NCBI GenBank assembly: GCA_017656255.1
Contig: JACDOE010000010.1
Span: 36,400-100,399 of the forward strand
DNA from: Bacillaceae bacterium
GTDB taxonomy: Bacteria > Bacillota > Bacilli > JACDOE01
DNA length: 64,000 nucleotides
Direction: 5' to 3'
Shown: positions 52,344 to 62,616 of the stretch, one piece after another
How positions within the stretch are numbered: the first letter of the stretch is position 1
Layout of the letters: every line of letters starts with the position of its first letter
Position numbers and translations under genes: made by a program
The notes under the pieces: generated by a model
What the model saw: the letters and a program-made list of their open reading frames with translations, nothing else
The model's database searches: none
What the model was told of the DNA's origin: nothing

Positions 52344-52988
52344 ATGATTAAAGGAATTCTGTTCGACCTGGACAACACACTGCTTCAATCCCGGATTGAT
52401 TTTTTCGCCATGAAAAAAGAGCTTTATGAAAAGCTCCTTGACAAAAGTATATTTGAGCCCTTTGACTGGAAACACAACACCCCGTCCCAGATCATTGAGC
52501 TGGCCCGGAACAAGGGGATTGACCCCGAAACAGAGGCGATGATCTGGGAAACGGTGACCCGATTTGAAGAAGAAGGGATGCGCGATGCCGCTCTGTCACC
52601 AGGCGTTCCGGAAATGCTGCAGTTCCTTTCACAGCAGGGGATCGTCCTGACCGTTGTCACCAATAATGCTCATTCCGCCGCCGTGAAAGCCCTGAAGGAA
52701 ACCGGTATCGTGTCCTTTTTCGACCGGATTGCCGGCCGGGAGCAGATGAAGGCGCTCAAACCTTCCCCTTCCGGCATTGAATACATACTGGCCGGGTATC
52801 CGGACATCCGGCGCAGCGAATGGCTGTATGTGGGAGATTCATGGATCGATGGCCGTGCCTCAGAGCTGGCAGGGATTTCATTCGTTGCCTTCTGCGCCTG
52901 TGAAAAAACACTGAAGCAAAAAGGGGTTGAGCCGGTGGCCCGGATCACTCAATTCTCCGATCTGCCGGATATCCTTGCGGCTCTTTGA
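52344..52988 (+). CDS. HAD-superfamily hydrolase (phosphatase)
   Basis: Contains motif I 'ILFDLDNTL', 'VVTNN' and 'YVGDSWIDG'. Confidence 0.8.
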   Translation: MIKGILFDLDNTLLQSRIDFFAMKKELYEKLLDKSIFEPFDWKHNTPSQIIELARNKGIDPETEAMIWETVTRFEEEGMRDAALSPGVPEMLQFLSQQGIVLTVVTNNAHSAAVKALKETGIVSFFDRIAGREQMKALKPSPSGIEYILAGYPDIRRSEWLYVGDSWIDGRASELAGISFVAFCACEKTLKQKGVEPVARITQFSDLPDILAAL

Positions 52989-53692
52989 CCTTTCTTCCTG
53001 CGGCACGCCTCGATGAACGCCTGAAACAGGCGGTGTGCCAGGGCATCGGTGGCAGTCATGTTTTCCGGATGCCACTGTACCCCCAGCACAAACGGGTGGC
53101 TTCGGCTTTCAATCGCTTCAATTACCCCGTCTGCCGTCCTTGCCGAAACCACAAAACCGGGGGCGGGTTCTTTCACCGCCTGGTGATGAAAACTGTTCAC
53201 CTTAAAACTTTCTTCCCCTGTGATTTGATACAGTAGAGACGGTTTCACGACCCGGATTTTGTGGGAAGCATGATACCTCGGAGCCTGCTGGGTGTGCTGT
53301 AACAGGCCGTCGAGCTGACTGTCCAGATCCTGGTACATGTCTCCTCCGGCAGCGACATTGAGAATCTGGCATCCCCGGCATATCGCGAAAATCGGGCTGC
53401 CGCGATTCAGCATGAGCCGAATCATCCTGATTTCCAAGTGGTCCCTTTCCGGTGTAATGGGCCCCAGCCCCGGCAATGGATCTTCACCAAACAGGGACGG
53501 ATCGATATCGCCTCCCCCGGTGAGAAGCAGTCCGTCCACCTGATCCGCCATCTGATTGAAATCCTCGTCATCCGTGGAATAGGGCAAAATGAACGGGAGT
53601 CCTCCCGCCCTTCGGACACTGTCCGTATAATCACGATGAACCCTCACCGACTCATTTTCCAGAGATGGGATGATGCCGATAATCGGTTTCAT
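52949..53692 (-). CDS. class I glutamine amidotransferase-like peptidase C26 (gamma-glutamyl-GABA hydrolase family)
   Basis: Contains 'IIGIIP', 'LLLTGGGDIDP', 'IFAICRGCQILNVAAGG', 'HHQAV' and 'GVQWHPE'. Confidence 0.85.
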   Translation of the reverse strand: MKPIIGIIPSLENESVRVHRDYTDSVRRAGGLPFILPYSTDDEDFNQMADQVDGLLLTGGGDIDPSLFGEDPLPGLGPITPERDHLEIRMIRLMLNRGSPIFAICRGCQILNVAAGGDMYQDLDSQLDGLLQHTQQAPRYHASHKIRVVKPSLLYQITGEESFKVNSFHHQAVKEPAPGFVVSARTADGVIEAIESRSHPFVLGVQWHPENMTATDALAHRLFQAFIEACRRKKGQRAARISGRSEN

Positions 53693-53783
53693 GGCCGGCT
53701 CCTTTCAGGGGCTGACAGATTTGTGCGTATGACGCTACATTAATTATAAAATGCAACGGGATGCCATGAGGTTCGCCCGAATC

Positions 53784-55607
53784 CTAGACAACAGTCCTGC
53801 CGGAATCGGCTGAAAACCTCCCGTCATGGATTAAGGTTTCCACCGGAATGTGGCCATACTCCATTAATTTTTCAAAATAGTCCAGTTCCACCGGACGTGC
53901 GTCTTTTAAACCCCTGTCCTGGAAACACTCAAAATGTTTCTTTTTGTAAAGGCGTGCCACCACAAATTTACGTGCGTTCCCGTCACGGGTGACCTGATCC
54001 TCCGCTTCTTTTAAAATCTGAATCAGTTGGAATACGTCGATCATGTAATCGGCAAAACGCTTCATGTGCCAGGTGATCACGTCTTCTTTTTGCTGAAACA
54101 GGAATTGGATTGTTTCCCTGATCTCCGCCACGGCATTGTTTAGCACCGGTATGAAGGCCTGAGAAAGCGGATGGTTCAGTTCATTTATCTCCTGTTCCAT
54201 GACACGAATAAAGACATCATGCCCCTTTTCCTTACGAAATACCCTAATCACATCAAGGGCCAGGATGTTGGACGTTCCCTCCCAGACAGTCAGCACCTGG
54301 GCGTCCCGCAAAAGGCGGGGCGTGACATATTCCTCGATATATCCGTTGCCGCCGTGGGTTTCAATCGATTTGTGCGCGGCGGCTACCGCCTCTTCCCCGG
54401 TCCGGTATTTCAGCAATGGAACCAACAGCCGGGCCATCACCTTTTCATCCCGGGTGGCATCGCCGGTGGTTACCACACGGTCAAAATAGCGAATCATCTC
54501 AAAACAGGCGCCTGTGTTGACCTCCAGTTCCATCAGCATATCCAAAAGCGTTTCACGTACCATGGGATAACGGCTGATCGCCTGGCCGAAGGCCTTTCGC
54601 TGCGACGCATAGTGCCAGGCCTCATAAAAAGCCCGCCGCATAATCCCTACTGAAGCTATTGCGTTACAGATCCGCGAGATATTGAGGGCATCCGCCATAT
54701 ACTTGAATCCTTTATCCGGATCTCCGATCAGATAACCTTCCGCCTCCTCCAGGATCACTTCAGCCGATGGGACGGCATTGACACCCAGCTTATCCTTCAG
54801 GCGGCGGACATAAACGGTATTACGGGTCCCATCCGGTTTCACCCACGGGACCAGAAACAGGCCAAGCCCTTTTGTCCCCGGCTTATCCGGGTTGACCCGA
54901 GCCAGAACAGTAGCGACCATCGCCCCGGCATTGCTGGCGAAAAACTTTTCACCGGTCAGGCGATACACACCCCGTCGCTTTGGATCCGGTTCCGCCACCG
55001 TCAGATTCGCTCCCACATCAGACCCTCCCTGCCGCTCCGTCAGCCACGTGGCACCTTCGTAGAGGGTCTTATAGTCAAGGGAAGCCAGGCCTTTCAGGTA
55101 GGTTTCTTTTTGTTCTTCCGAACCGTAACGGTCAATCAGGTAAGCCGCCGACATGGTGAGGGTCACCGGGCAGTAGAATCCGGGTTCACTCTGGCTGAGC
55201 AAGTAGCCCTGCAGATAGGAATAGGCATAGGGTGCCTTATGTTTCAATTCGGGAATCTCGTGGTACAGATACCCGACGATGCCGGATTCATAAACGTCTT
55301 TCACCGTCTGTTTATAGCCGTCATTGGTGATAATCTCCGAAATCTCTTCTCCGCGTCGGTTGTATCGCTTTAATCGGGGACGCCCTTCGTCATCGGTGTA
55401 AGATGCCCGCTCATCCACCGGACCGGCCACCAGTTCCCCGAATCGAGACAGTTCACGGTCCGCCCATTCCTGCATGGATGCCGGCAGATAACGCATCATC
55501 AGATAGCGGATGTTGGGATCATCCTCATAGAAATTGGAGTTTTCGGCGGGGCGCGGAATATTGTTCGAATAGGCGCCGCTGTCAATTTCCCGCTGGATGT
55601 GCCTCAT
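53784..55607 (-). CDS. acyl-CoA dehydrogenase family protein (AidB-like long form)
   Basis: 607 aa. Contains 'TERQGGSDVGAN', 'KFFASNAGA' and 'HGGNGYIEEY', which resemble ACAD-family motifs. The ATG at 55607 follows GAGGAGAGGA. Confidence 0.75.
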   Translation of the reverse strand: MRHIQREIDSGAYSNNIPRPAENSNFYEDDPNIRYLMMRYLPASMQEWADRELSRFGELVAGPVDERASYTDDEGRPRLKRYNRRGEEISEIITNDGYKQTVKDVYESGIVGYLYHEIPELKHKAPYAYSYLQGYLLSQSEPGFYCPVTLTMSAAYLIDRYGSEEQKETYLKGLASLDYKTLYEGATWLTERQGGSDVGANLTVAEPDPKRRGVYRLTGEKFFASNAGAMVATVLARVNPDKPGTKGLGLFLVPWVKPDGTRNTVYVRRLKDKLGVNAVPSAEVILEEAEGYLIGDPDKGFKYMADALNISRICNAIASVGIMRRAFYEAWHYASQRKAFGQAISRYPMVRETLLDMLMELEVNTGACFEMIRYFDRVVTTGDATRDEKVMARLLVPLLKYRTGEEAVAAAHKSIETHGGNGYIEEYVTPRLLRDAQVLTVWEGTSNILALDVIRVFRKEKGHDVFIRVMEQEINELNHPLSQAFIPVLNNAVAEIRETIQFLFQQKEDVITWHMKRFADYMIDVFQLIQILKEAEDQVTRDGNARKFVVARLYKKKHFECFQDRGLKDARPVELDYFEKLMEYGHIPVETLIHDGRFSADSGRTVV

Positions 55608-55647
55608 AATATATCCTCTCCTCTGGTTCGGGCAACGCCCGTGACTT

Positions 55648-56046
55648 TTATTCTTGCAACGCGGCCAGTTTCGCTTCAAACTTCTTCTTGTATGCCATCA
55701 TCTCGTCCCGCAGCCGGGTCAACTCGTCAATCTGCTCATTGATTTCCGTGATTTTCCGTTCACCGTATTCAATCGTTTTCTCCAGTTGTTTTTTTCCGCT
55801 GCGGTCCTCATCAAACAGCGTAATCAGTTCCTTGATTTCCCTCAGGGAAAACCCGAATCGTTTCCCGCGCAAAATCAGTTTCAATCTAGCCCGGTCCTTT
55901 CGGGTATAATACCGGGTACCCCGCCCGCTTCGCGCCGGTTGCAACAGATCCAGTTCTTCATAATACCGAATCGTCCGTGTACTGATGTCAAGTTCCCGGG
56001 CCAGTTCGGAAATTGTAAAATAGGTTTCTGACGGATTGAGTGGGAT
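55648..56046 (-). CDS. MerR-family transcriptional regulator (start codon unresolved)
   Basis: The HTH 'YFTISELARELDISTRTIRYYEELDLLQPARSGRGTRYY' lies upstream of the first canonical start (TTG at 55944). The frame is open to 56052, and the only candidate start after GGAGGTG is ATC at 56046. Confidence 0.65.
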   Translation of the reverse strand: MPLNPSETYFTISELARELDISTRTIRYYEELDLLQPARSGRGTRYYTRKDRARLKLILRGKRFGFSLREIKELITLFDEDRSGKKQLEKTIEYGERKITEINEQIDELTRLRDEMMAYKKKFEAKLAALQE

Positions 56047-56224
56047 GGCCGTTCACCTCCTGTACGCTGCCATGTTACCTGGTTTCATCATAATGGCTGG
56101 ATCTCATTAACGTCAACGTTAATTTAGTTAATTGATAAAATTATCAGATTATTATGCACGCCTGTTATTCATGTTATCCGGCCATCCGGTAATCCTATAA
56201 CTATCACATCATGCAGCAGGAGGA

Positions 56225-56692
56225 ATGAATTTGTACAAAATGCTGACAGCAATCACGTTGTGCCTGGTTGTGTTGACGTTTCTGTTTCCTGCGCAGGCGG
56301 AACCTGCAAAACCGCCTCCGGAATCAACGGAGGAACTTTATCACGATCTGTTCATCACCCTGCTTCATCCACATATCAAGCAGGCGGTAGCCGCTTATTA
56401 TACAAAGGCCGGAAAAAGGGTCCCCATGGTCTATCCATACATGGTCGAGCTCATCGAGGCCGAACGGATTCTCGGCTATCGCTCCTTTTTATTCAGAGTC
56501 ACGCTTGACGTCACATCCGTTGTAGGGCCGCACCACCCTGTGGGCCGGGACCGGTTAACCTTTAAAATCGGAACGGGACGCATACAACTGGAACAGTTTA
56601 AACACCTTGAGAGTTATGATCCTCCACCACGGGGACCGGCTGAACCCATCATTTCCATCCGTCAGGAACCATACGTATTCCGTAAAATCTGA
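56225..56692 (+). CDS. secreted hypothetical protein (DUF3888-like)
   Basis: Signal peptide 'MLTAITLCLVVLTFLFPAQA'. Contains 'YHDLFITLLHPHIKQAVAAYY'. Confidence 0.5.
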   Translation: MNLYKMLTAITLCLVVLTFLFPAQAEPAKPPPESTEELYHDLFITLLHPHIKQAVAAYYTKAGKRVPMVYPYMVELIEAERILGYRSFLFRVTLDVTSVVGPHHPVGRDRLTFKIGTGRIQLEQFKHLESYDPPPRGPAEPIISIRQEPYVFRKI

Positions 56693-58458
56693 ATCACCTG
56701 CCGGAACATCTCGACTGCCTGATTGTTCCCATAAGACGGCTGATTTTCAGCCACAACCGCAATCGCATAACGGGGACGATCAGCGGGAGCATAACCGACA
56801 AACCACTGGTTGACCCTGCTGGTCGGTGAATCCGTGACTTCCGCCGTCCCACTTTTGCCCGCCACCTGCCACCCGGCATCCTGCAGGTCGGAACCGGTAC
56901 CTTCGGTTACGACCATCCGCATCATCCGCTGCAGTTGATAGGCGGTGTAACGTTCAATCGAATCAGTTGAGAGGCTGCGGCTTTCAAAGGTGTAAAAAGG
57001 AACGCCGGTTTTATACCGGATTTCGTTGACAATCCGCACCTGTTCACTCCTCCCCTCTTCGGCGATGGTTGCCGCCATGTTCGCCGCCTGAAGGGGTGTC
57101 ATGCGGACGTCCCGCTGGCCGATGGCCGTCTGGATCAGAACCCCCTCATCATCGGACGGGGTGGAAGGGGCAAATACCTGCCCGACATCTTCGGCATCAA
57201 ACTGGGCAAACGCCTCCATCTTAAAAAAGGGGGCTTTTTGCCAGCCATTGGGGAGCGTGACCCCTATTTTTCCAGCATATTCCCTGATTTTTTCATCCCC
57301 CAGTTCCAGGGCAACCCGGGCAAAGGTAATGTTACAGGATTGGGCATACGCTTCGGCAAAGGTCAGTTCACCGTGACCCCCTTTTTTCCAGCAGGAGAAC
57401 CCGTATTTTCCCCATTCCCCGTCGCAATAAAAACGATCCAGGGGCTTCGCTACGCCTTCTTCAAGGGCCGCTGCGGCAATCACGGTTTTGAATACAGAAC
57501 CCGGCGCAATCTGTTCCAGGGCACGATTTCGCCAGCCGCCCTGCTCCAGGTCCACCTGATTGGGATCAAACCCGGGCCGGCTGACCATCGCCAGCACCTC
57601 CCGGCTTTCCACATCCAGCACCACAACCGACCCTTTATGAAGGCCCTGCCGGTCCGCAAGCTGCTCCAGTTCCCGCTGCAACTCCAGATCGAGGGTGGTG
57701 ACCAGTGAGAGGGGATAAAACTGATTTTCAGGCTGATACAAACGAACATCCAGCCCCTTTAATGGATTGCCGTAGGCATCGACAAAATAGGAAACGGTCG
57801 TCGGCCCCACTCCATGCAAAAAAGATTGGAAACTGCGCTCCAGGCCGGATCCGCCGATCAGGCTGTCCAGATGAAGAATCCCGTCTTCCCATTCTTCCCG
57901 GTAACGGGTTCTGATGGCCTCCGGGTTCTGGCTGATGTAGCCGATCACCTGTGCCGCCATCATATCCGAAGGGTAACGTTCTTTGACGGGAAACGTAAGG
58001 ATACCGGGTATGTTCATTTCCTGAACCGCTTCAGCCTCCATCGGGGTTAAACGCACGATTTCACCACGTCGATTCCGATACACCGCCGGCTGTTTCAAAT
58101 GCTTGACAAACCGGATCAGTTCATCGACGGGGATCTGCAATTGACGGGCTACTTTTTGCAATTCATCCGTCCGGTCTTCATGCCGGACCACGGGAAAAAT
58201 GATCAGGGCCTGTGTCTTTTTACCGGTGAGGGGACGGCCTTCCCGATCCAGGATATCTCCCCGTCCGGTGTCCAGCACTAGACTCTGCTGACGCTGCTTG
58301 ACGGCCTGGCGGACCAGATCAATCCCCTGATCGGAAAAGTGGCGGGTATCGACCAGTTGAATCCAGGCCAGTCGCGACCACAGGAGAGCGATCATGAAGC
58401 TGATCACCAGAAGTGTCGCAAACATGCGACGTTTGGTGGACTTCGGAGCGGTTTCCAC
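56662..58458 (-). CDS. class B penicillin-binding protein (transpeptidase)
   Basis: N-terminal TM anchor. The SxxK motif is 'GSVFKTV' and the KTG-type motif is 'KSGTAE'. Its position matches yrrR/pbpI in the B. subtilis yrr cluster. Confidence 0.85.
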   Translation of the reverse strand: METAPKSTKRRMFATLLVISFMIALLWSRLAWIQLVDTRHFSDQGIDLVRQAVKQRQQSLVLDTGRGDILDREGRPLTGKKTQALIIFPVVRHEDRTDELQKVARQLQIPVDELIRFVKHLKQPAVYRNRRGEIVRLTPMEAEAVQEMNIPGILTFPVKERYPSDMMAAQVIGYISQNPEAIRTRYREEWEDGILHLDSLIGGSGLERSFQSFLHGVGPTTVSYFVDAYGNPLKGLDVRLYQPENQFYPLSLVTTLDLELQRELEQLADRQGLHKGSVVVLDVESREVLAMVSRPGFDPNQVDLEQGGWRNRALEQIAPGSVFKTVIAAAALEEGVAKPLDRFYCDGEWGKYGFSCWKKGGHGELTFAEAYAQSCNITFARVALELGDEKIREYAGKIGVTLPNGWQKAPFFKMEAFAQFDAEDVGQVFAPSTPSDDEGVLIQTAIGQRDVRMTPLQAANMAATIAEEGRSEQVRIVNEIRYKTGVPFYTFESRSLSTDSIERYTAYQLQRMMRMVVTEGTGSDLQDAGWQVAGKSGTAEVTDSPTSRVNQWFVGYAPADRPRYAIAVVAENQPSYGNNQAVEMFRQVIQILRNTYGS

Positions 58459-58536
58459 AATAAAAATCCCCTTTCACACCGATTTACTTCCATTTTTGCC
58501 GGTGTAAAAGAGGATTTATACCTTCTTAATGGCAGA

Positions 58537-59829
58537 TTAGACACTCTCTTTTCGCATCATATCCCGCGGCCGAACGGGCCGGTCTACTTTCATCCGGACC
58601 AGTTGCAGCGGATGGCGGGCGGCATCCAGTTCGTTCCCGTCCTCATCCCAGATGGTATCGATGGTCTGGACGAAGGTATAGTCGGGTCCGAAAAATTCCA
58701 CTTCCTGTCCCGGTTTGAAGTGATTGCGCTGCTGAACCGTGGCGATACCCGTCTGCTCGTCATAATCGACAACCAGGCCGGCAAATTCATACTGCGCATG
58801 TTCTTCCGCTTCATGGAACAGCTGATCTTCATGTCCCGGTTTTCCATAAAAGAACCCGCTGGTCGCCGAACGATGTCCCGATTTTTTCAATTCTTCGATC
58901 CATTCGGGTTTCAGTTCATAGTTGTCGGGATCTTCACAATAGGCGTCGATCGCCTGACGATAGACTTTGACGACGGTAGCCACGTAGTGAATACTCTTCA
59001 TCCGCCCTTCAATCTTGAAGCTTTCCACGCCAAGATCGACGATGTCCGGAATGTGGCGGATCATCGATAAATCCTTGGAGCTCATCGTGAACGGATCATC
59101 CTGTTCGTTAAACAGCGGAATTTCCCGTTTACCCACGTTTGCCTGAAGGGCATCCTCATCCGGTCCTTCTTCGAATAGATCATATTTCCAGCGACAGGAC
59201 TGGCAACAACCGCCCCGATTGGAATCCCGCGCCGTAAAATGGTTGGAGAGGACGCAGCGTCCCGAGTAGGAAATGCACATGGCACCATGAATAAAGACTT
59301 CCAGCTCCACGTCCACATGTTCCTTGATCTGGCGAATCTCCTCCAGGGAAACTTCCCGGGCCAGCACGATCCGGGAGACCCCTTCCTCTTTCCAGAACTT
59401 GACCGCCTGCCAGTTGGCCGTCGAAGTCTGGGTACTGAGATGAACTTCCAGATCGGGAGCAGCCTCCCTGCAGGCCTGGATCAGGGCCGGGTCGGCCACG
59501 ATGACGGCGTCAATGCCGATATCCTGTAGCGTTCGGTAATAATCATGCACGCCGGGTAAATCTTCATTATGGGCGATAATATTGGTGGCGACAAATACTT
59601 TGGCGCCCCGTTCATGGGCAAAACGGACGCCTTCTTCCATCTCTTCAAAGGAAAAGTTGTCAGCGTTGGCACGGAGCCCGTACTGCTGTCCGCCGATATA
59701 GACAGCATCCGCTCCGTAATGAACGGCACACTTCAATTTTTCCAGATTGCCGGCCGGCGCCAGCAATTCCGGCTTCTCGAGTCTGGGCCGGACGATTTTT
59801 TTATCTGGTACCGTAATGGTTGACGACAT
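58537..59829 (-). CDS. peptidase U32 family protein (YrrO-like)
   Basis: Contains 'ELLAPAGNLEKLK.AV.YGADAVYIGG' and the Cys-rich 'GGCCQSCRW'. By synteny it is the YrrO counterpart. Published work links YrrN/YrrO to tRNA U34 hydroxylation. Confidence 0.8.
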   Translation of the reverse strand: MSSTITVPDKKIVRPRLEKPELLAPAGNLEKLKCAVHYGADAVYIGGQQYGLRANADNFSFEEMEEGVRFAHERGAKVFVATNIIAHNEDLPGVHDYYRTLQDIGIDAVIVADPALIQACREAAPDLEVHLSTQTSTANWQAVKFWKEEGVSRIVLAREVSLEEIRQIKEHVDVELEVFIHGAMCISYSGRCVLSNHFTARDSNRGGCCQSCRWKYDLFEEGPDEDALQANVGKREIPLFNEQDDPFTMSSKDLSMIRHIPDIVDLGVESFKIEGRMKSIHYVATVVKVYRQAIDAYCEDPDNYELKPEWIEELKKSGHRSATSGFFYGKPGHEDQLFHEAEEHAQYEFAGLVVDYDEQTGIATVQQRNHFKPGQEVEFFGPDYTFVQTIDTIWDEDGNELDAARHPLQLVRMKVDRPVRPRDMMRKESV

Positions 59830-59864
59830 GTGAGTTCCCCCCTTTTTACACACTTTTATCCTAA

Positions 59865-60794
59865 CTAAAAGATCTGTTCCTTGAAAAAGAATCCGGTGGT
59901 CAGCGGACGTCCGTCAGGTTGCATCGCTTCTAACTGTTGTCTCAGTTCAGACGCCTGTTGCTCATAGTCAACAGGGTTCTCCAGATACAGATCGATAGCT
60001 TCCCGGTACGCTTTCACCACGTTAATCTGGTAATCCGCCGATTTCATCAACCCATCCACTTTCAGGCTGTCGATGCCGGCGTCAAGGAGTTCCGACAGGT
60101 GGTCAATCATGCAGACATCCTCGGCACTCATGATATGGGTACCGTGATCATCTTCGTAAATGGGGTATTTATAATCTTCCCTTTTTTCTTCCCTGATAAA
60201 TAAACGGCGCTCAAGTGACGTATCCCGGTCCCGGTCTTCTCCGCGATGGGTCAGGTAGTTGGTAACCAGATCCCGCTTCGAGTGAAACATACACATTATG
60301 CCGTGCACCTGAACCTGGATCTCCAGATTGGCCTGCTCCTTGGTTTCAATAATCTCTTCCATATTCAGCTCCCGGGCGAGATCGGCACGACTTGCTCCCC
60401 GGGATGCCCAGTAATTGATGGTCGCCACATTGGTGGTCGTGATTTCCGTACTGAAATGAAGCGGTATCTCGGGAATCTCCGCCCGCGCCGTCATCAAGAC
60501 TGCCGGATCGCTGAATACAATCGCATCCACACCGGCTTCTCCCAGTTCAGACAGATAGGCGGGCAGGCCGTCCAGGTCTTCATTATGCATCAGACTGTTG
60601 ACGGCAACATAGAGCTTCGCTCCTTTTTCCCGGGTGTATGCGGCGGCCGTGCGGATCTCTTCCATGCTAAACCTGCCGGGGGTGCGCAGGGCGTACTTTT
60701 CGCCTCCTATATGAACAGCATCGGCACCCGCTTCGATGACGCCTTTCAGTTCATCAAAATCAGCTGCCGTTGCCAGCAGTTCCGGTTTCTTCAT
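59865..60794 (-). CDS. peptidase U32 family protein (YrrN-like)
   Basis: Contains 'ELLATAADFDELKGVIEAGADAVHIGG'. The ATG at 60794 follows AAGAGGTGA. Confidence 0.8.
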   Translation of the reverse strand: MKKPELLATAADFDELKGVIEAGADAVHIGGEKYALRTPGRFSMEEIRTAAAYTREKGAKLYVAVNSLMHNEDLDGLPAYLSELGEAGVDAIVFSDPAVLMTARAEIPEIPLHFSTEITTTNVATINYWASRGASRADLARELNMEEIIETKEQANLEIQVQVHGIMCMFHSKRDLVTNYLTHRGEDRDRDTSLERRLFIREEKREDYKYPIYEDDHGTHIMSAEDVCMIDHLSELLDAGIDSLKVDGLMKSADYQINVVKAYREAIDLYLENPVDYEQQASELRQQLEAMQPDGRPLTTGFFFKEQIF

Positions 60795-61437
60795 CGGTTT
60801 CACCTCTTTTTACGCCAACCGCCAGTCCGTCCCCGACCGGAATAAAAGACACGTCCAGTTGCGGATGGCGGCTCAAATACGCATTAAATGCCTTCAGTTT
60901 CTCAACAAGCTGTCTGTAACGGCCGGAGGGGGGCTCATCTTCCGCCACCATGCCGCGAAACAGCACGTTGTCACAGACGAGAATCCCCTGTTCTTTTAAC
61001 CGGGGAAAATATAAGTCAAAATAAGTGCGATATTGCCCCTTGGCCGCATCCAGAAAAATAAGATCAAAGGTATAGTGATCAGGCAAACCATCCCGGGCAT
61101 CTCCTTCGATCACTTCCACCCGGTCCCGTACTCCGGCCTGTTCCAGGTTGTTCAGGGCGCGCGTGACCCGGTCCGGATCCAGTTCCATGGTGGTTATCCG
61201 GGCGCGGGGAGCGGCCAGGGCCAGCCAGATGGTGGAGTATCCGATGGCTGTTCCTACTTCCAAAATCCGGGTCGGCTGCCGGGCGGCAACCAGGGTGGCG
61301 AGAAACTGTATCGCCGGCAGCTGCATAACCGGAATATTTTCTTGCGCGGCCTCCCGTTCCAGCCGTTCAAGCAGCGGCGTTCTGGGGGGAACGAGTTGCT
61401 GGAGATAGGCCTCTGTTTTCGGGTCCGTGATCGTCAT
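60760..61437 (-). CDS. class I SAM-dependent O-methyltransferase (YrrM/TrmR-like)
   Basis: Contains 'ILEVGTAIGYSTIWLA', 'FDLIFLDAAK' and caffeoyl-CoA-OMT-like architecture. Synteny with yrrM. Confidence 0.8.
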   Translation of the reverse strand: MTITDPKTEAYLQQLVPPRTPLLERLEREAAQENIPVMQLPAIQFLATLVAARQPTRILEVGTAIGYSTIWLALAAPRARITTMELDPDRVTRALNNLEQAGVRDRVEVIEGDARDGLPDHYTFDLIFLDAAKGQYRTYFDLYFPRLKEQGILVCDNVLFRGMVAEDEPPSGRYRQLVEKLKAFNAYLSRHPQLDVSFIPVGDGLAVGVKRGETDEETGTAGNGS

Positions 61438-61443
61438 CAATGG

Positions 61444-62538
61444 TCACTCCGTTCCCAGCTCGCGCTGGTTCTGTTTGCTTTTGGCGATGTTTCGCTGATG
61501 CTCGGGAAATGTCTCGGCAAAATAATGCTCGCCGGATCCGTCTTTTTTGGTCACGTAATAGAAATACGGGTGTTCTTCAGGATAAACCACCGCTTCCAGG
61601 GATTTGCGTCCCGGGCTTCCGATCGGTCCGGGAGGAAGTCCTTTTTGAATGTAGGTATTGTAAGGATCTTTGATCTCCAGATCCTCATAGGTCACGATTT
61701 CCTTCTGTTCTCCCAGAATGTACTGAATGGTGGCATCCGCCTGAAGCAGCATATCGATGGCCATTCGATTGTAGTAAACGCCTGCCACTTTGGCCCGTTC
61801 TTTATCGGAGCGGACTTCCCGTTCCACGATGGAAGCGAGGGTGACAGCGTCATGTATCGTCAGCCTTTTCTGTTCCATGACCTGTTGCCATTCTGCTTTA
61901 AATTCGGTGTCAAATTGTTTTAGCATGCGGTTGATAATATCATGCTCAGTGGCCCCGACTTCCATTTCATAGGTCTCGGGAAACAGGTAGCCTTCCAGGC
62001 GGTATTTGATGTCTGGATTGTCCGGAATCTGTTTGACAAAGTCGTAATCAAACTGACCCTCATTAACCTCTTTTAAAAAAGTTTCCCGGTCCACCAGTTC
62101 CTGTGCAGCCAGCCGGTCCGCAATCTGCTCGACGGTGAACCCTTCCGGAATGGTAAAGGTGAAGGTTTCCATATAGGTATCGCCTTTGACCAGTTTTTCC
62201 AGAATCTCTTCCTTGGATACGCCGGGTGTGAATTGATAGTCCCCGGCCTTTAACTGGCTCCCTTTTTCCGTGTATTTAATATAGTAATTAAAGATAGTAG
62301 CATTTTTAATCAGTCCGTTATCCTCCAGAATCTGAGCAATCTTCAAGCTGGTCGCTCCGGACGGAATAGTGACGATAACCGGTTCCACATCCCCGGACGC
62401 TTCGACTGGCTCAAGATTACTGAAAATGTAGGCAGCCAAGCCTCCCAGACCGGCAATTCCCAGGATAACGACTGTCATGACTGAAATGATGAGTATTTTC
62501 CAGATATTCGTGCCAGATTGATTTTCTTTGAATCCCAC
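61444..62538 (-). CDS. mltG: endolytic murein transglycosylase MltG (YceG-like)
   Basis: TM anchor plus the YceG domain ('LASIVEREV', 'VYYNR', 'LQADATIQY', 'YNTYIQKGLPPGPI'). I chose the GTG at 62538 because it sits 7 nt after GAGAGGAGGGG; the longest ORF reaches 62568. Confidence 0.88.
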   Translation of the reverse strand: MGFKENQSGTNIWKILIISVMTVVILGIAGLGGLAAYIFSNLEPVEASGDVEPVIVTIPSGATSLKIAQILEDNGLIKNATIFNYYIKYTEKGSQLKAGDYQFTPGVSKEEILEKLVKGDTYMETFTFTIPEGFTVEQIADRLAAQELVDRETFLKEVNEGQFDYDFVKQIPDNPDIKYRLEGYLFPETYEMEVGATEHDIINRMLKQFDTEFKAEWQQVMEQKRLTIHDAVTLASIVEREVRSDKERAKVAGVYYNRMAIDMLLQADATIQYILGEQKEIVTYEDLEIKDPYNTYIQKGLPPGPIGSPGRKSLEAVVYPEEHPYFYYVTKKDGSGEHYFAETFPEHQRNIAKSKQNQRELGTE

Positions 62539-62616
62539 GAGGATTCCCCTCCTCTCACCAGATTCCATTATACAATAACGGGGAAAATAAAAAAAACGGC
62601 TGAACCTGCTTGAAGA

